From: Nitrospinaceae bacterium
GTDB taxonomy: Bacteria; Nitrospinota_A; UBA7883; JAJDBK01
Assembly: GCA_029261405.1 (NCBI GenBank)
Contig: JAJDBK010000057.1
Coordinates: 1,906-65,905, forward strand
Direction: 5' to 3'
Length of the DNA stretch: 64,000 bases
Shown: positions 10,136 through 18,442 of the stretch, one piece after another
Position numbering within the stretch: the first letter of the stretch is position 1
Layout of the letters: each line of letters starts with the position of its first letter
Program-made: the position numbers and the translations under genes
The notes under the pieces: generated by a model
The model's database searches: none
What the model saw: the letters and a program-made list of their open reading frames with translations, nothing else
What the model was told of the DNA's origin: nothing

Positions 10136-10957
10136 TCACTCACCTTTTGTGACATTGTAATAGACCGAATCGGCCACATCCGAAATCTTTGTAAGGTGTG
10201 GAGCGTGTCCAGATCCTTTAATGCTCTGCTCGCTCACGCCAGGGAAGATGCGTCTCCAGAGAGACTGGCCTCCGGGTGGCGTGATCGAATCCATATCCCC
10301 GCAGATGGCTGTTACCACGCCTTTGTAGGACGACCTTGCCCCGGTAAGATCGACGCTTGCAAGCTCTCGAAGAGTGTCTAACATCGCTTCCCCGCACGGG
10401 GTCAAACCGGGGGGCAGAAGGAGCCGTTCGATCTCGTTTTTCGCAAGCTCCCCCAAAGCCTCGCCGGTGGCGAAGAACATTCCGATAAACGCTTTTAACC
10501 CCGCTTCCGGGTCCGCTGACATCATGGAGAGCATTCTTCGCACCTTCGCCCCACTCTGCCCGGTGGCCCTCTCCTTGCCGGGAGCGACAAAACGGGCGGA
10601 GGCGGAGAGGAGCGTCAGTGAGAGAGGCGCCGGACCTTTCATATTGATGCAATACTTCGCCGCCACCGTTCCACCCATCGACCATCCGAGAAGATGAAAC
10701 CGTGGGATATCGAGTTTTTTTACAATGGTGGCGATATCGAGGGTGTAACGGTCGAAAGTGTATGGCCCCGGTACGTTTTTCGCCGAGCCGTGTCCCGCCA
10801 GGTCGGTTGCCACAACCCGCAATCGGTCTTTCAACCGCCCGGCAAGGGGCGCAAAGCTCTCTTTTGTCTGCCCCCAACCGTGGATCATCAGGATAACCGG
10901 CGCGTTCTTTGGGCCTTGATCGTCGATGTAATGCAAAATACCTTCACTCATAATCAA
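10136..10957 (-). CDS. bioH: Alpha/beta-hydrolase esterase, BioH-like pimeloyl-ACP methyl ester esterase
   Basis: 273 aa. HGWG oxyanion motif, GWSMGG nucleophile elbow, C-terminal His. First gene of the bio operon. Confidence 0.6.
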   Translation of the reverse strand: MIMSEGILHYIDDQGPKNAPVILMIHGWGQTKESFAPLAGRLKDRLRVVATDLAGHGSAKNVPGPYTFDRYTLDIATIVKKLDIPRFHLLGWSMGGTVAAKYCINMKGPAPLSLTLLSASARFVAPGKERATGQSGAKVRRMLSMMSADPEAGLKAFIGMFFATGEALGELAKNEIERLLLPPGLTPCGEAMLDTLRELASVDLTGARSSYKGVVTAICGDMDSITPPGGQSLWRRIFPGVSEQSIKGSGHAPHLTKISDVADSVYYNVTKGE

Positions 10958-11051
10958 TTAGCCATTTTATCAGGATAAGATCATCATTTTGGAAAAAGTC
11001 TATGCCATCATGTAGAATTGTATCCGTTAAACAATCGGAGAATAAATTCAG

Positions 11052-11528
11052 ATGAATCTTGAAGATATAGATAAAAGGATCCTCAATATAATCCAGACCG
11101 GGTTTCCCATAACCCACGCGCCTTACACCGAGATCGGTGAAAAGGTAGGAGTGGATGAGGATGAGGCCTTCAATCGGGTCAAAGCGATGTTCGACGGAGG
11201 TGTCATTCGACGCATTGGCGGTAGTTTCGACTCGCGTGGTCTCGGCTGGACATCAACATTGTGCGCATTAAAAGTCCCTTCCGACAAGATCGAGGAGGCG
11301 GCCAAAGTCGTAAGCCGATATGCGAATGTAACCCATAACTACGAACGGAACCACGAATACAACCTCTGGTTCACCGTAATAGCTCCCGACACCGACGAAG
11401 TTGACCGAATTTTGAAAGAGATCCACCGCGACTCAGGTTTCGGACCGGTAAGGAACATGCCGCTTATCAAAAAGTTCAAGATCAAGGTCGATTTCCAGTT
11501 CAAGGAAAAGAAGGAGGCGACAGCATGA
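11052..11528 (+). CDS. Siroheme decarboxylase subunit, AhbA/NirD-like (Lrp/AsnC-fold)
   Basis: 158 aa. N-terminal HTH (DKRILNIIQTGFP) and NirD/AhbA-like C-terminal domain. Paired with the next homologous gene, which is the characteristic AhbA/AhbB arrangement. Confidence 0.55.
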   Translation: MNLEDIDKRILNIIQTGFPITHAPYTEIGEKVGVDEDEAFNRVKAMFDGGVIRRIGGSFDSRGLGWTSTLCALKVPSDKIEEAAKVVSRYANVTHNYERNHEYNLWFTVIAPDTDEVDRILKEIHRDSGFGPVRNMPLIKKFKIKVDFQFKEKKEATA

Positions 11529-12031
11529 AAAAAGAGATCAAAGCTTCCGATGTAGCGATCATGAAAGAGTTGCAGGGCCATCTGCCGATGGTGAAAAACC
11601 CGTTTGCCGCTATAGCCGAAAAGCTGGGAATCGCCGAGGATGAAGTGATAAACAAAACCCGCGAGTATGGCGAAAAAAAATATTACAGAAGATTCGGCGC
11701 CACCCTGCGTCACCACAAGGCCGGGTTCACCGCCAACGGCATGGGCATATGGAGCGTTCCGAAAGAAGAGGAACGAGCGCCCATGGGTGAGCTTCTTTCA
11801 AACCGACCGGAAGTTAGCCACGCATACGAACGTCCTTCGTTCCCCGATTGGCCTTACCACCTATTCACCATGATCCACGGTGAGTCGGAGGAGGAGGTGC
11901 TAAAAATCGCAAAAGGGATGAGTGAAGAGACGGGTATAACTGAATACGACGTGCTTTTCTCCACACGCGAATTCAAAAAAAGCTCCATGAGATATTTCGA
12001 CGCCTGGCCTCTGCCGGACAATGAACAATAA
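11525..12031 (+). CDS. Siroheme decarboxylase subunit, AhbB/NirL-like
   Basis: 168 aa paralogue-like partner overlapping the previous gene by 4 nt. Similar HTH plus C-terminal domain (HAYERP ... HLFTMIHG mirrors HNYERN ... NLWFTVIA in the first gene). Confidence 0.55.
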   Translation: MKKEIKASDVAIMKELQGHLPMVKNPFAAIAEKLGIAEDEVINKTREYGEKKYYRRFGATLRHHKAGFTANGMGIWSVPKEEERAPMGELLSNRPEVSHAYERPSFPDWPYHLFTMIHGESEEEVLKIAKGMSEETGITEYDVLFSTREFKKSSMRYFDAWPLPDNEQ

Positions 12032-12052
12032 TTTTATTCTGGAAGGATTACG

Positions 12053-12979
12053 ATGAGTCTTCTTGTTGTTGGCACTATGGCGTATGACAGTGTTAAAACG
12101 CCGTTTGGCGAAAAAGAGCGCGCCCTCGGCGGTTCCGCCACATATTTTTCTTTATCCGCAGGTTTCTTTACCGATGTAAAACTTTGCGCTGTTATCGGTG
12201 AGGATTTCGAAGATGCGGATATGGACCTCCTGCATAAGCGGGGCGTTGATACCGAAGGGGTGATAAAACTTCCCGGCAAATCGTTTCACTGGAAAGGTGA
12301 ATACGGTTACGACCTTAACGAAGCGAAAACCCTCGACACACAGTTAAATGTGCTGGCCGATTTCGATCCGGTACTGCCAGAGTCTTACAAGGATGCGGAG
12401 TATGTATTCCTCGCCAACATCGACCCTGCGTTACAGGGCAAGGTTCTCGATCAGGTAAAAAACCCGAAACTCGTGGCGTGCGACACCATGAACTTCTGGA
12501 TTGATGGCGCCATTGAGGAGCTTAAAAAAACTATGGCGCGTATCGACCTTCTGATAATAAACGAAGGCGAAGCGCGGCAGTTGGCCGGGACACCGAATCT
12601 CGTACAGGCGGCCAGAACGATCCGCGACATGGGTCCGCACACCCTGATAATAAAACAGGGGGAGTATGGCGCCCTCCTTTTCAGTGGCGATAATGTCTTC
12701 TCCGCTCCTGCGTATCCGTTGGAGGAGGTGTTCGACCCGACAGGCGCGGGAGACACATTTGCTGGTGGTGTCATGGGGCATCTTGCACGGCGTAACGAAT
12801 CGGATATCGACGAAAAGGTTTTGCGGCAAGCCATCATAATGGGTTCTGTTATGGCGTCTTTTACAGTGGAGAAATTTTCGGTGGAGTCGCTTGTGGACCT
12901 GGAGCGAAAAGAAGTCGCCCAGCGGTTCCGGCAGTTTCACGCAATGACACGATTCGAAGAAGTCACGGATATAGCGTGA
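12053..12979 (+). CDS. PfkB-family carbohydrate/nucleoside kinase (ribokinase superfamily)
   Basis: 308 aa. N-terminal GG motif region and C-terminal DPTGAGDTFAGG anion-hole motif. Confidence 0.75.
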   Translation: MSLLVVGTMAYDSVKTPFGEKERALGGSATYFSLSAGFFTDVKLCAVIGEDFEDADMDLLHKRGVDTEGVIKLPGKSFHWKGEYGYDLNEAKTLDTQLNVLADFDPVLPESYKDAEYVFLANIDPALQGKVLDQVKNPKLVACDTMNFWIDGAIEELKKTMARIDLLIINEGEARQLAGTPNLVQAARTIRDMGPHTLIIKQGEYGALLFSGDNVFSAPAYPLEEVFDPTGAGDTFAGGVMGHLARRNESDIDEKVLRQAIIMGSVMASFTVEKFSVESLVDLERKEVAQRFRQFHAMTRFEEVTDIA

Positions 12980-12995
12980 GAGCAGGGGGGTTAGC

Positions 12996-13343
12996 ATGAT
13001 TGACTTTAAGCGGAATTCCGATCCCGCGCCGATTGGCATTCTTATAGTATTGTCCACGGTCTTTCCGGGGGCGGGACAACTTGCCAACGGGCAGAACTCT
13101 AAAGGGATCGGTTTTATCGCCGCCGCCGGAATCCTGCTCGCCCTCTTTTTCGTATACCTCGCTTTCACCATCGGGCCGATACTCGGAACGATAAGCGCTG
13201 GCAAGGAACCTGTCATGACCGATGATTTAATGAGCGGCGTAAAGACCCTGGCGGCGATATTCGGCGCAGGTTTCATCGTCTGGATCTGGGCGACTATCGA
13301 CGCTGTGATCGTGGGGAAGAAGAGGCTTGCCGGTAAGAAGTGA
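12996..13343 (+). CDS. Small membrane protein, 3 predicted TM helices
   Basis: 115 aa hydrophobic ORF tightly packed between the PfkB kinase and rsmD. No recognisable catalytic motif. Confidence 0.45.
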   Translation: MIDFKRNSDPAPIGILIVLSTVFPGAGQLANGQNSKGIGFIAAAGILLALFFVYLAFTIGPILGTISAGKEPVMTDDLMSGVKTLAAIFGAGFIVWIWATIDAVIVGKKRLAGKK

Positions 13344-13891
13344 GGATTATAGGAGGCGAATTTAAAGGCGCCAACATTTACGGCCCTAAAGGTAAGGAGA
13401 CCCGCCCTACCGCTTCGAGAACGCGGGAGTCGCTCTTTAACATCCTTGGCGCCGCGGTGATGGGATCGAGGTTTCTCGATCTTTTCGCAGGAGCCGGAGC
13501 TGTGGGGTTTGAGGCGTATTCGCGCGGGGCGAAACGGGTTGTGATGGTGGATAACAAACAGATCGACCTGATCGCCCGGAACTGCGCTAAGTTGAGGATC
13601 AAAACCGACGACAGGTTCCACGCCATCCGGGGCGACGCGCTTGTGTCTATGAACGCGCTGATTTCACGGTCGGAAAAATTCGATTACGTCTTCGCCGACC
13701 CTCCGTGGGGTGAGGGGTATGAGAACATCATTCTGGAAGGCGCCCTTCTCCTGCTTGATGACAATGGAACGTTGATTCTGGAGGAGGACTCGAAGATGGA
13801 TGCGCCGAAACAAAACTCGGACGGCAGTCTTGTCCTGACGAAGAGCAGACGGTACGGTTCGGCTACCCTGAATTTTTATTCCGCTCCGTAA
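13340..13891 (+). CDS. rsmD: 16S rRNA (guanine966-N2)-methyltransferase RsmD
   Basis: 183 aa with [17 protein letters not shown] motif and the DPPW catalytic motif ([10 protein letters not shown]). Confidence 0.8.
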   Translation: MRIIGGEFKGANIYGPKGKETRPTASRTRESLFNILGAAVMGSRFLDLFAGAGAVGFEAYSRGAKRVVMVDNKQIDLIARNCAKLRIKTDDRFHAIRGDALVSMNALISRSEKFDYVFADPPWGEGYENIILEGALLLLDDNGTLILEEDSKMDAPKQNSDGSLVLTKSRRYGSATLNFYSAP

Positions 13892-14627
13892 TGCTTTTGA
13901 GGAACGGCCCGATAAAATCCATCGGTAACGGCACAATGTTGTTGGTGGTCCCCTCCGAAGATATCTCCCGAATGGTCTGAAGGTAACGCAGGGTGAGGGC
14001 CGCCGGGTTACGCGCCATTATCGCCGCCGCGTCAGCCAGTTTTTCCGATGCCTGAAACTCTCCTTCGGCGTTGATGATTTTTGCTCTTCGCTCTCTCTCG
14101 GCTTCGGCCTGTTTAGCCATGGCTCTCTGCATCTCGGTCGGCAGATCGACATGTTTTATCTCGACGTTTGCGACCTTGATGCCCCACGGGTCTGTCCGTG
14201 TGTCGAGGATCGTCTGTAACTCGTTGTTGATCTTTTCCCGTTCACAGAGCAGTTCGTCGAGTTCCACCTGTCCGAGTACGGATCTAAGGGATGTCTGGGC
14301 GAGCTGGCTAGTGGCGAATAAAAAATCCTCCACCTGTACCACCGCGCGATCCGGATCGAAGACGCGGAAATAGACAACGGCGTTTACTTTGACGGAGACG
14401 TTATCCTTGGTGATGATGTCCTGGGATGGAACGTCGAGCACGATAAGGCGCAGGGAGACCTTGACCATCTTATCGATGATGGGCCACACAATAACCAGCC
14501 CCGGCCCCTTGATAGCCAGCACCCGCCCCAGCCGAAACACCACCCCCCGTTCGTATTCGTTGAGCACACGAAGCGCGGAGAGAATAACAAGAAGAATCGC
14601 AATGAAGACAAACGCGCCGCCAGACAT
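13863..14627 (-). CDS. SPFH/Band-7 (stomatin/prohibitin-like) membrane protein
   Basis: 254 aa. N-terminal TM, then SPFH domain ([11 protein letters not shown] ..., coiled [10 protein letters not shown] segment). Confidence 0.8.
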   Translation of the reverse strand: MSGGAFVFIAILLVILSALRVLNEYERGVVFRLGRVLAIKGPGLVIVWPIIDKMVKVSLRLIVLDVPSQDIITKDNVSVKVNAVVYFRVFDPDRAVVQVEDFLFATSQLAQTSLRSVLGQVELDELLCEREKINNELQTILDTRTDPWGIKVANVEIKHVDLPTEMQRAMAKQAEAERERRAKIINAEGEFQASEKLADAAAIMARNPAALTLRYLQTIREISSEGTTNNIVPLPMDFIGPFLKSITERNKNSG

Positions 14628-14776
14628 AACCGCCTCCTGTTTTTGTCGAGAGTTTTACACGTTGATGATACACCAATTGGGGCGAGGGGATATATAAGGA
14701 TTCATCAGTTAATACAATCAGTAAATAATCGTGTTAAAATGCTCACTTATTCTGTACATAACGAAACAGGCTGACA

Positions 14777-16138
14777 ATGGACAGTTCTTACACCGATGAA
14801 GGGATCACCTCATTATCCGTTCGCGGATTTAAATCTATCGCTGACGAAAGTCGGATTGAGTTACGTCCGCTGACAATTCTTGCGGGGGCAAACAGTTCGG
14901 GTAAATCGAGCATAATACAGCCGCTTCTTTTAATGAAACAGACTTTGGAAGCTACATACGACCCAGGCGCACTATATTCGGATGGTCCGTTACTTCAATT
15001 TACATCATCAGACCAGTTGCTATCAAGCAAACCTGTTAAATCAAAATCGTTTAGTCTCTCTCTTGAGTTGTCCAATTCAGATCGTTTGGAGATTGAATTT
15101 GGCCAGGATAAGAAGGTTGCCTTTGTTGTCAATAAAATGAAATTTACCAGAAACAATAATACTTTAGATCTGAAGGTAAATATGACATCAGAGGAAATCA
15201 AAAACATCACTGCTCCTTATTTGGAAAAGGGCATTTTTTCTCTTCTTTCTGGTAATTACAATGTAATTGAAGAAATGGAAAAAGACAAAACTACGAATTG
15301 CAAAATAAAGAGGGATAGATGTTTCTTAACTGTTTTCTTTGTCGTACCAAAAGATAACTCCGAGCTTGAAAAAGAAAGGATGATGAGATGGATTAGCTGG
15401 ATACCAACCACTATCGGAGCAGACTTGAACATTTTTCAACATAATATTACAAATCTTATCCATCTACCAGCATGGAGAGGTTCACCAAAACGGATATATA
15501 ACAAAACGGCGGTTGGAGATGTTTTCCCAGGCAGGTTTACTGAATATTTTCCTGGAATTATCGTGGACTGGTATGAGAAAGACAAACTCTATAAATTAAA
15601 TGCTTGCCTGAAACAATTAGGTCTTACTTGGAAAGTAATGCCGAAAATAATTAATGAAACCCAAGTGGAACTACATGTTGGACGAACATGCAAAAGTGTG
15701 CGAGGTGGAGGAAGTGATACTGTCAATATCGCTGATGTTGGATTTGGAGTTTCACAGGTATTGCCAATACTAGTAGCGTTACTTGTCGCTAGGAAAGGTC
15801 AAACTGTACATATAGAAGAGCCGGAGATTCATTTACATCCTGCCGCCCAGCGTGATCTGGCGAAGATTATCACGACAGCCGTTAACCGAGGTGTAAGGGT
15901 CATCATGGAAACTCACAGTTCCATTCTACTCCTTGGAGTGCAGACATTGGTGGCTAAAGGTGAAATGGCGGCTGACGATGTAAAATTACACTGGTTTTCC
16001 AGAAACAAAAAAGACGGAACCGCTAAAATTGAACCGGGTGATCTTGACAAAAATGGAGCATACGGGGATTGGCCTGTGGATTTTGATGATGTCTCTCTCG
16101 AACAAGAGGAAGAGTATCTCGACACTGTTCAGCGATAA
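14777..16138 (+). CDS. AAA_21/AAA_15-type ABC-like ATPase with DUF3696-like C-terminus (OLD/Septu/PARIS-type defense ATPase class)
   Basis: 453 aa. Walker A in SVRGFKSI...LTILAGANSSGKSS; signature-like VGFGVSQVLPIL; Walker B VHIEEPEIHLHP; H-loop METHS. The gene is conspicuously AT-rich relative to its flanks. Confidence 0.7.
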   Translation: MDSSYTDEGITSLSVRGFKSIADESRIELRPLTILAGANSSGKSSIIQPLLLMKQTLEATYDPGALYSDGPLLQFTSSDQLLSSKPVKSKSFSLSLELSNSDRLEIEFGQDKKVAFVVNKMKFTRNNNTLDLKVNMTSEEIKNITAPYLEKGIFSLLSGNYNVIEEMEKDKTTNCKIKRDRCFLTVFFVVPKDNSELEKERMMRWISWIPTTIGADLNIFQHNITNLIHLPAWRGSPKRIYNKTAVGDVFPGRFTEYFPGIIVDWYEKDKLYKLNACLKQLGLTWKVMPKIINETQVELHVGRTCKSVRGGGSDTVNIADVGFGVSQVLPILVALLVARKGQTVHIEEPEIHLHPAAQRDLAKIITTAVNRGVRVIMETHSSILLLGVQTLVAKGEMAADDVKLHWFSRNKKDGTAKIEPGDLDKNGAYGDWPVDFDDVSLEQEEEYLDTVQR

Positions 16139-16149
16139 AAGCTCCTGTT

Positions 16150-16689
16150 GTGAAAAAGAAAATATCAGAGTTCGTAGTTGACGCTTCAGTAATGAGATCG
16201 GCTGGCGATGAAAATGCTATAAAGGAAGGTTCCAAAAATTGCAGGGACTTTCTTAAGGCAATGAGAGAGACAAAGTGTAAAGTTGTCCTGACTTCAGAGA
16301 TTAAGGTTGAATGGAAAAAGAACCTATCAAAATATGCTCGGAAATGGTGGTCTTTCATGACAAAGTCCGGGCGAATAACTTACCGTAAAAATACTGTTAA
16401 TGATGACTTACGAAAAACAATAGAGAATAGCGAAAAGCTTAAAACAGACAAACGAAGAAATGCGGCGTTGAAAGACGCAATTCTAATCGAAGCGGCTTTG
16501 GCTACCGACGAAGCTGTAGTGTCACAAGACGATCATGCAAGGCGGGATTTCAAGGTTATCGCAGGTGAATATAAACGAATTAAATCCATTCTATGGATTA
16601 ATCCTGTAAGCGAAGAAGATAACGCGCTTGAGTGGTTAAATAACGGCGCGAGAAAAGAAGATAAACTTCTACTTGGATTCCAAAACTAA
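16150..16689 (+). CDS. Small PIN-like nuclease-domain protein (putative effector partner of the upstream ATPase)
   Basis: 179 aa, GTG start 11 nt after the ATPase stop. All three PIN acidic motifs are spotted by eye: FVVDASV (first Asp); VVLTSEIKVE (Glu); DAILIEAALATDEAVVSQDDHARRDF (third and fourth Asp, matching D..iaA.A...lvT.D.dF). Confidence 0.45.
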   Translation: MKKKISEFVVDASVMRSAGDENAIKEGSKNCRDFLKAMRETKCKVVLTSEIKVEWKKNLSKYARKWWSFMTKSGRITYRKNTVNDDLRKTIENSEKLKTDKRRNAALKDAILIEAALATDEAVVSQDDHARRDFKVIAGEYKRIKSILWINPVSEEDNALEWLNNGARKEDKLLLGFQN

Positions 16690-17711
16690 CTAACCGGCGG
16701 CAGTGGTCCCGCTGTTTTGCCCGGTTGCAGGATCGGGTTTTTTCCATTTTTATCTACGAACCTGCCGTAGTATAGATTCTGGACGTGGTTGCCTTGCACG
16801 AAAAATAACCATCGTTCCGCGAGGCCACCTATCAGCATCGATAGCGCCGCCAACACTCCCCATGTCGAGGGGTGACCGTTGAATACCGCCACATAATCGA
16901 GCGTTAACATTGAGAGGGGCAGGATAAACAAAACCGTCATCACAAACCAGATCATGGCTCGTTCAATTTTCTTCCCCGATTTGTGGAAATATTCCCGCGT
17001 GTTGTAATTCTCATACGCGCATCCTGTATCCATCAGCACGATGTCCGACCGCCACGCGCCAATTGCGCTTTGCAATGTTGTGGAGCTGTAGGCCGTTGAA
17101 TTGTAGAGGTACGACATACCTTTGGCTGTCATGGCTATCACCGTTACCGGAATCGCCATCCTCAGCAGTATCATTATCAGGTCGTGATCCGCCTTGACCA
17201 GCTCCAGCGTCGCCAACAGAATCACCGACCCACCAGCCAGACCAATCACCACAAAGTTGATCGGTGTGTACGGGTTCGCCCACTCCCTGATATATCGAAC
17301 ACTGCAATAGATCATGCCGGAGCTTATCCCCAACGCCAGCCCAACAAAAACTCCCGCCAGTCCGCTCAAAAGCCTCAGCCATGTAGCTACGCCGATGATG
17401 GCGCATATTCCGTATACAACGGTTAATCCAATAAAGAGGGGAAGTAGTAAGACTTCGCGTGATAGCCAGGAGAAACGCCATCTTTTAATCGCTTTGATTC
17501 CCCGGCTTTTATGATGCAGATGGAAAAACGAAGCCATCGTGCCCAATCCCGCCAGAGCCACCGATAAAATCACGCCGTAGAGCATGATATCAAATGAGAC
17601 CGCGCCCCCCTTCAGCAATGTAATCGCGTCGGCGCCTACCAGAAAAAAGAGGACTCCCTCCGCCATTCCGGCAAGGACCGTAAGCAGTATGATCGAGAAT
17701 TCAGGTTTCAT
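16686..17711 (-). CDS. Membrane anchor subunit of a molybdoenzyme complex (NrfD/PsrC/DmsC-type polytopic protein, no heme motifs)
   Basis: 341 aa, about 8-9 hydrophobic helices. Third gene of the ABC operon with the FeS and molybdopterin subunits. Its 3' end overlaps the PIN-like gene convergently. Confidence 0.65.
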   Translation of the reverse strand: MKPEFSIILLTVLAGMAEGVLFFLVGADAITLLKGGAVSFDIMLYGVILSVALAGLGTMASFFHLHHKSRGIKAIKRWRFSWLSREVLLLPLFIGLTVVYGICAIIGVATWLRLLSGLAGVFVGLALGISSGMIYCSVRYIREWANPYTPINFVVIGLAGGSVILLATLELVKADHDLIMILLRMAIPVTVIAMTAKGMSYLYNSTAYSSTTLQSAIGAWRSDIVLMDTGCAYENYNTREYFHKSGKKIERAMIWFVMTVLFILPLSMLTLDYVAVFNGHPSTWGVLAALSMLIGGLAERWLFFVQGNHVQNLYYGRFVDKNGKNPILQPGKTAGPLPPVS

Positions 17712-17716
17712 ATCGG

Positions 17717-18442
17717 TTATCCCGCGAAATCGAAATATTCGGGGTCTTGTGGTCGGTCTGTTTTCTCCGCCTCTTCCACGAACTGATGTTTTTTAACAAT
17801 AACCCGCTCTTCGTCCAGCGCGGTTTTCACCGGGCGATGCGCCAGATAGCGGTTCGACGGGTTCGCCCCCGATTCGGGCATCGGCATATACCCGGCTCCA
17901 TCCCTGACTTTCACCGAAGCCGCTGAATCGGGATCATCGATATCTCCGAAGGTCCTGGCGCTTGACGGGCATGTCTTGACACAAGCGGGAACCCGTTCCT
18001 CTTCGGGAAGTTTTTCGTCGTAGATACGATCCACACAGAGGGTGCATTTTTTCATCACCCCGGCGTATTCGTCGAACTCCCGGCAACCGTAGGGGCAAGC
18101 CCACGAGCAGTATTTGCACCCGATGCACTCGTCGTAATCGACCAGCACAATGCCATCCTCCGCCCGTTTGTGAGAGGCGTTTGTCGGACAGACTTTTACG
18201 CATGGCGCGTCTTTGCAATGCATACACGATTTCGGGAAGTAGAAGACCTCGACATCAGGGTACGAGCCGACTTCATACGTCTGCACCCGGTTAAACCAGA
18301 CACCATCCGGCTCTTTTCCGTATGGCTCCCCGTCCGGCAAGGGGCCGAATGTGCCCGATGTGTTCCACTCCTTGCAGTTAACCGCGCAGGCGTGGCATCC
18401 AACGCATTTGGCAAGATCAATAACAAGAGCTAACTGTGTCAT
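17717..18442 (-). CDS. 4Fe-4S ferredoxin-type iron-sulfur subunit of molybdoenzyme (DmsB/PsrB family)
   Basis: 241 aa with four Cys clusters (CVGCHACAVNC, CMHCKDAPCVKVCP, CIGCKYCSWACP, CTLCVDR...CVKTCP). No Tat motif. Confidence 0.8.
   Translation of the reverse strand: MTQLALVIDLAKCVGCHACAVNCKEWNTSGTFGPLPDGEPYGKEPDGVWFNRVQTYEVGSYPDVEVFYFPKSCMHCKDAPCVKVCPTNASHKRAEDGIVLVDYDECIGCKYCSWACPYGCREFDEYAGVMKKCTLCVDRIYDEKLPEEERVPACVKTCPSSARTFGDIDDPDSAASVKVRDGAGYMPMPESGANPSNRYLAHRPVKTALDEERVIVKKHQFVEEAEKTDRPQDPEYFDFAG

Noticed and set aside
10218-10877. 219-aa minus-strand ORF in an alternative frame within the bioH-like gene
   Set aside because: Arg-rich alternative frame of the same strand. The alpha/beta-hydrolase frame has HGWG and GWSMGG motifs and is preferred.
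12431-13621. 396-aa minus-strand ORF spanning the PfkB kinase, membrane protein and rsmD region
   Set aside because: It runs entirely antisense to three well-supported + strand genes. It is Arg/Pro-rich with no motifs, a typical GC-rich antisense ORF artefact.
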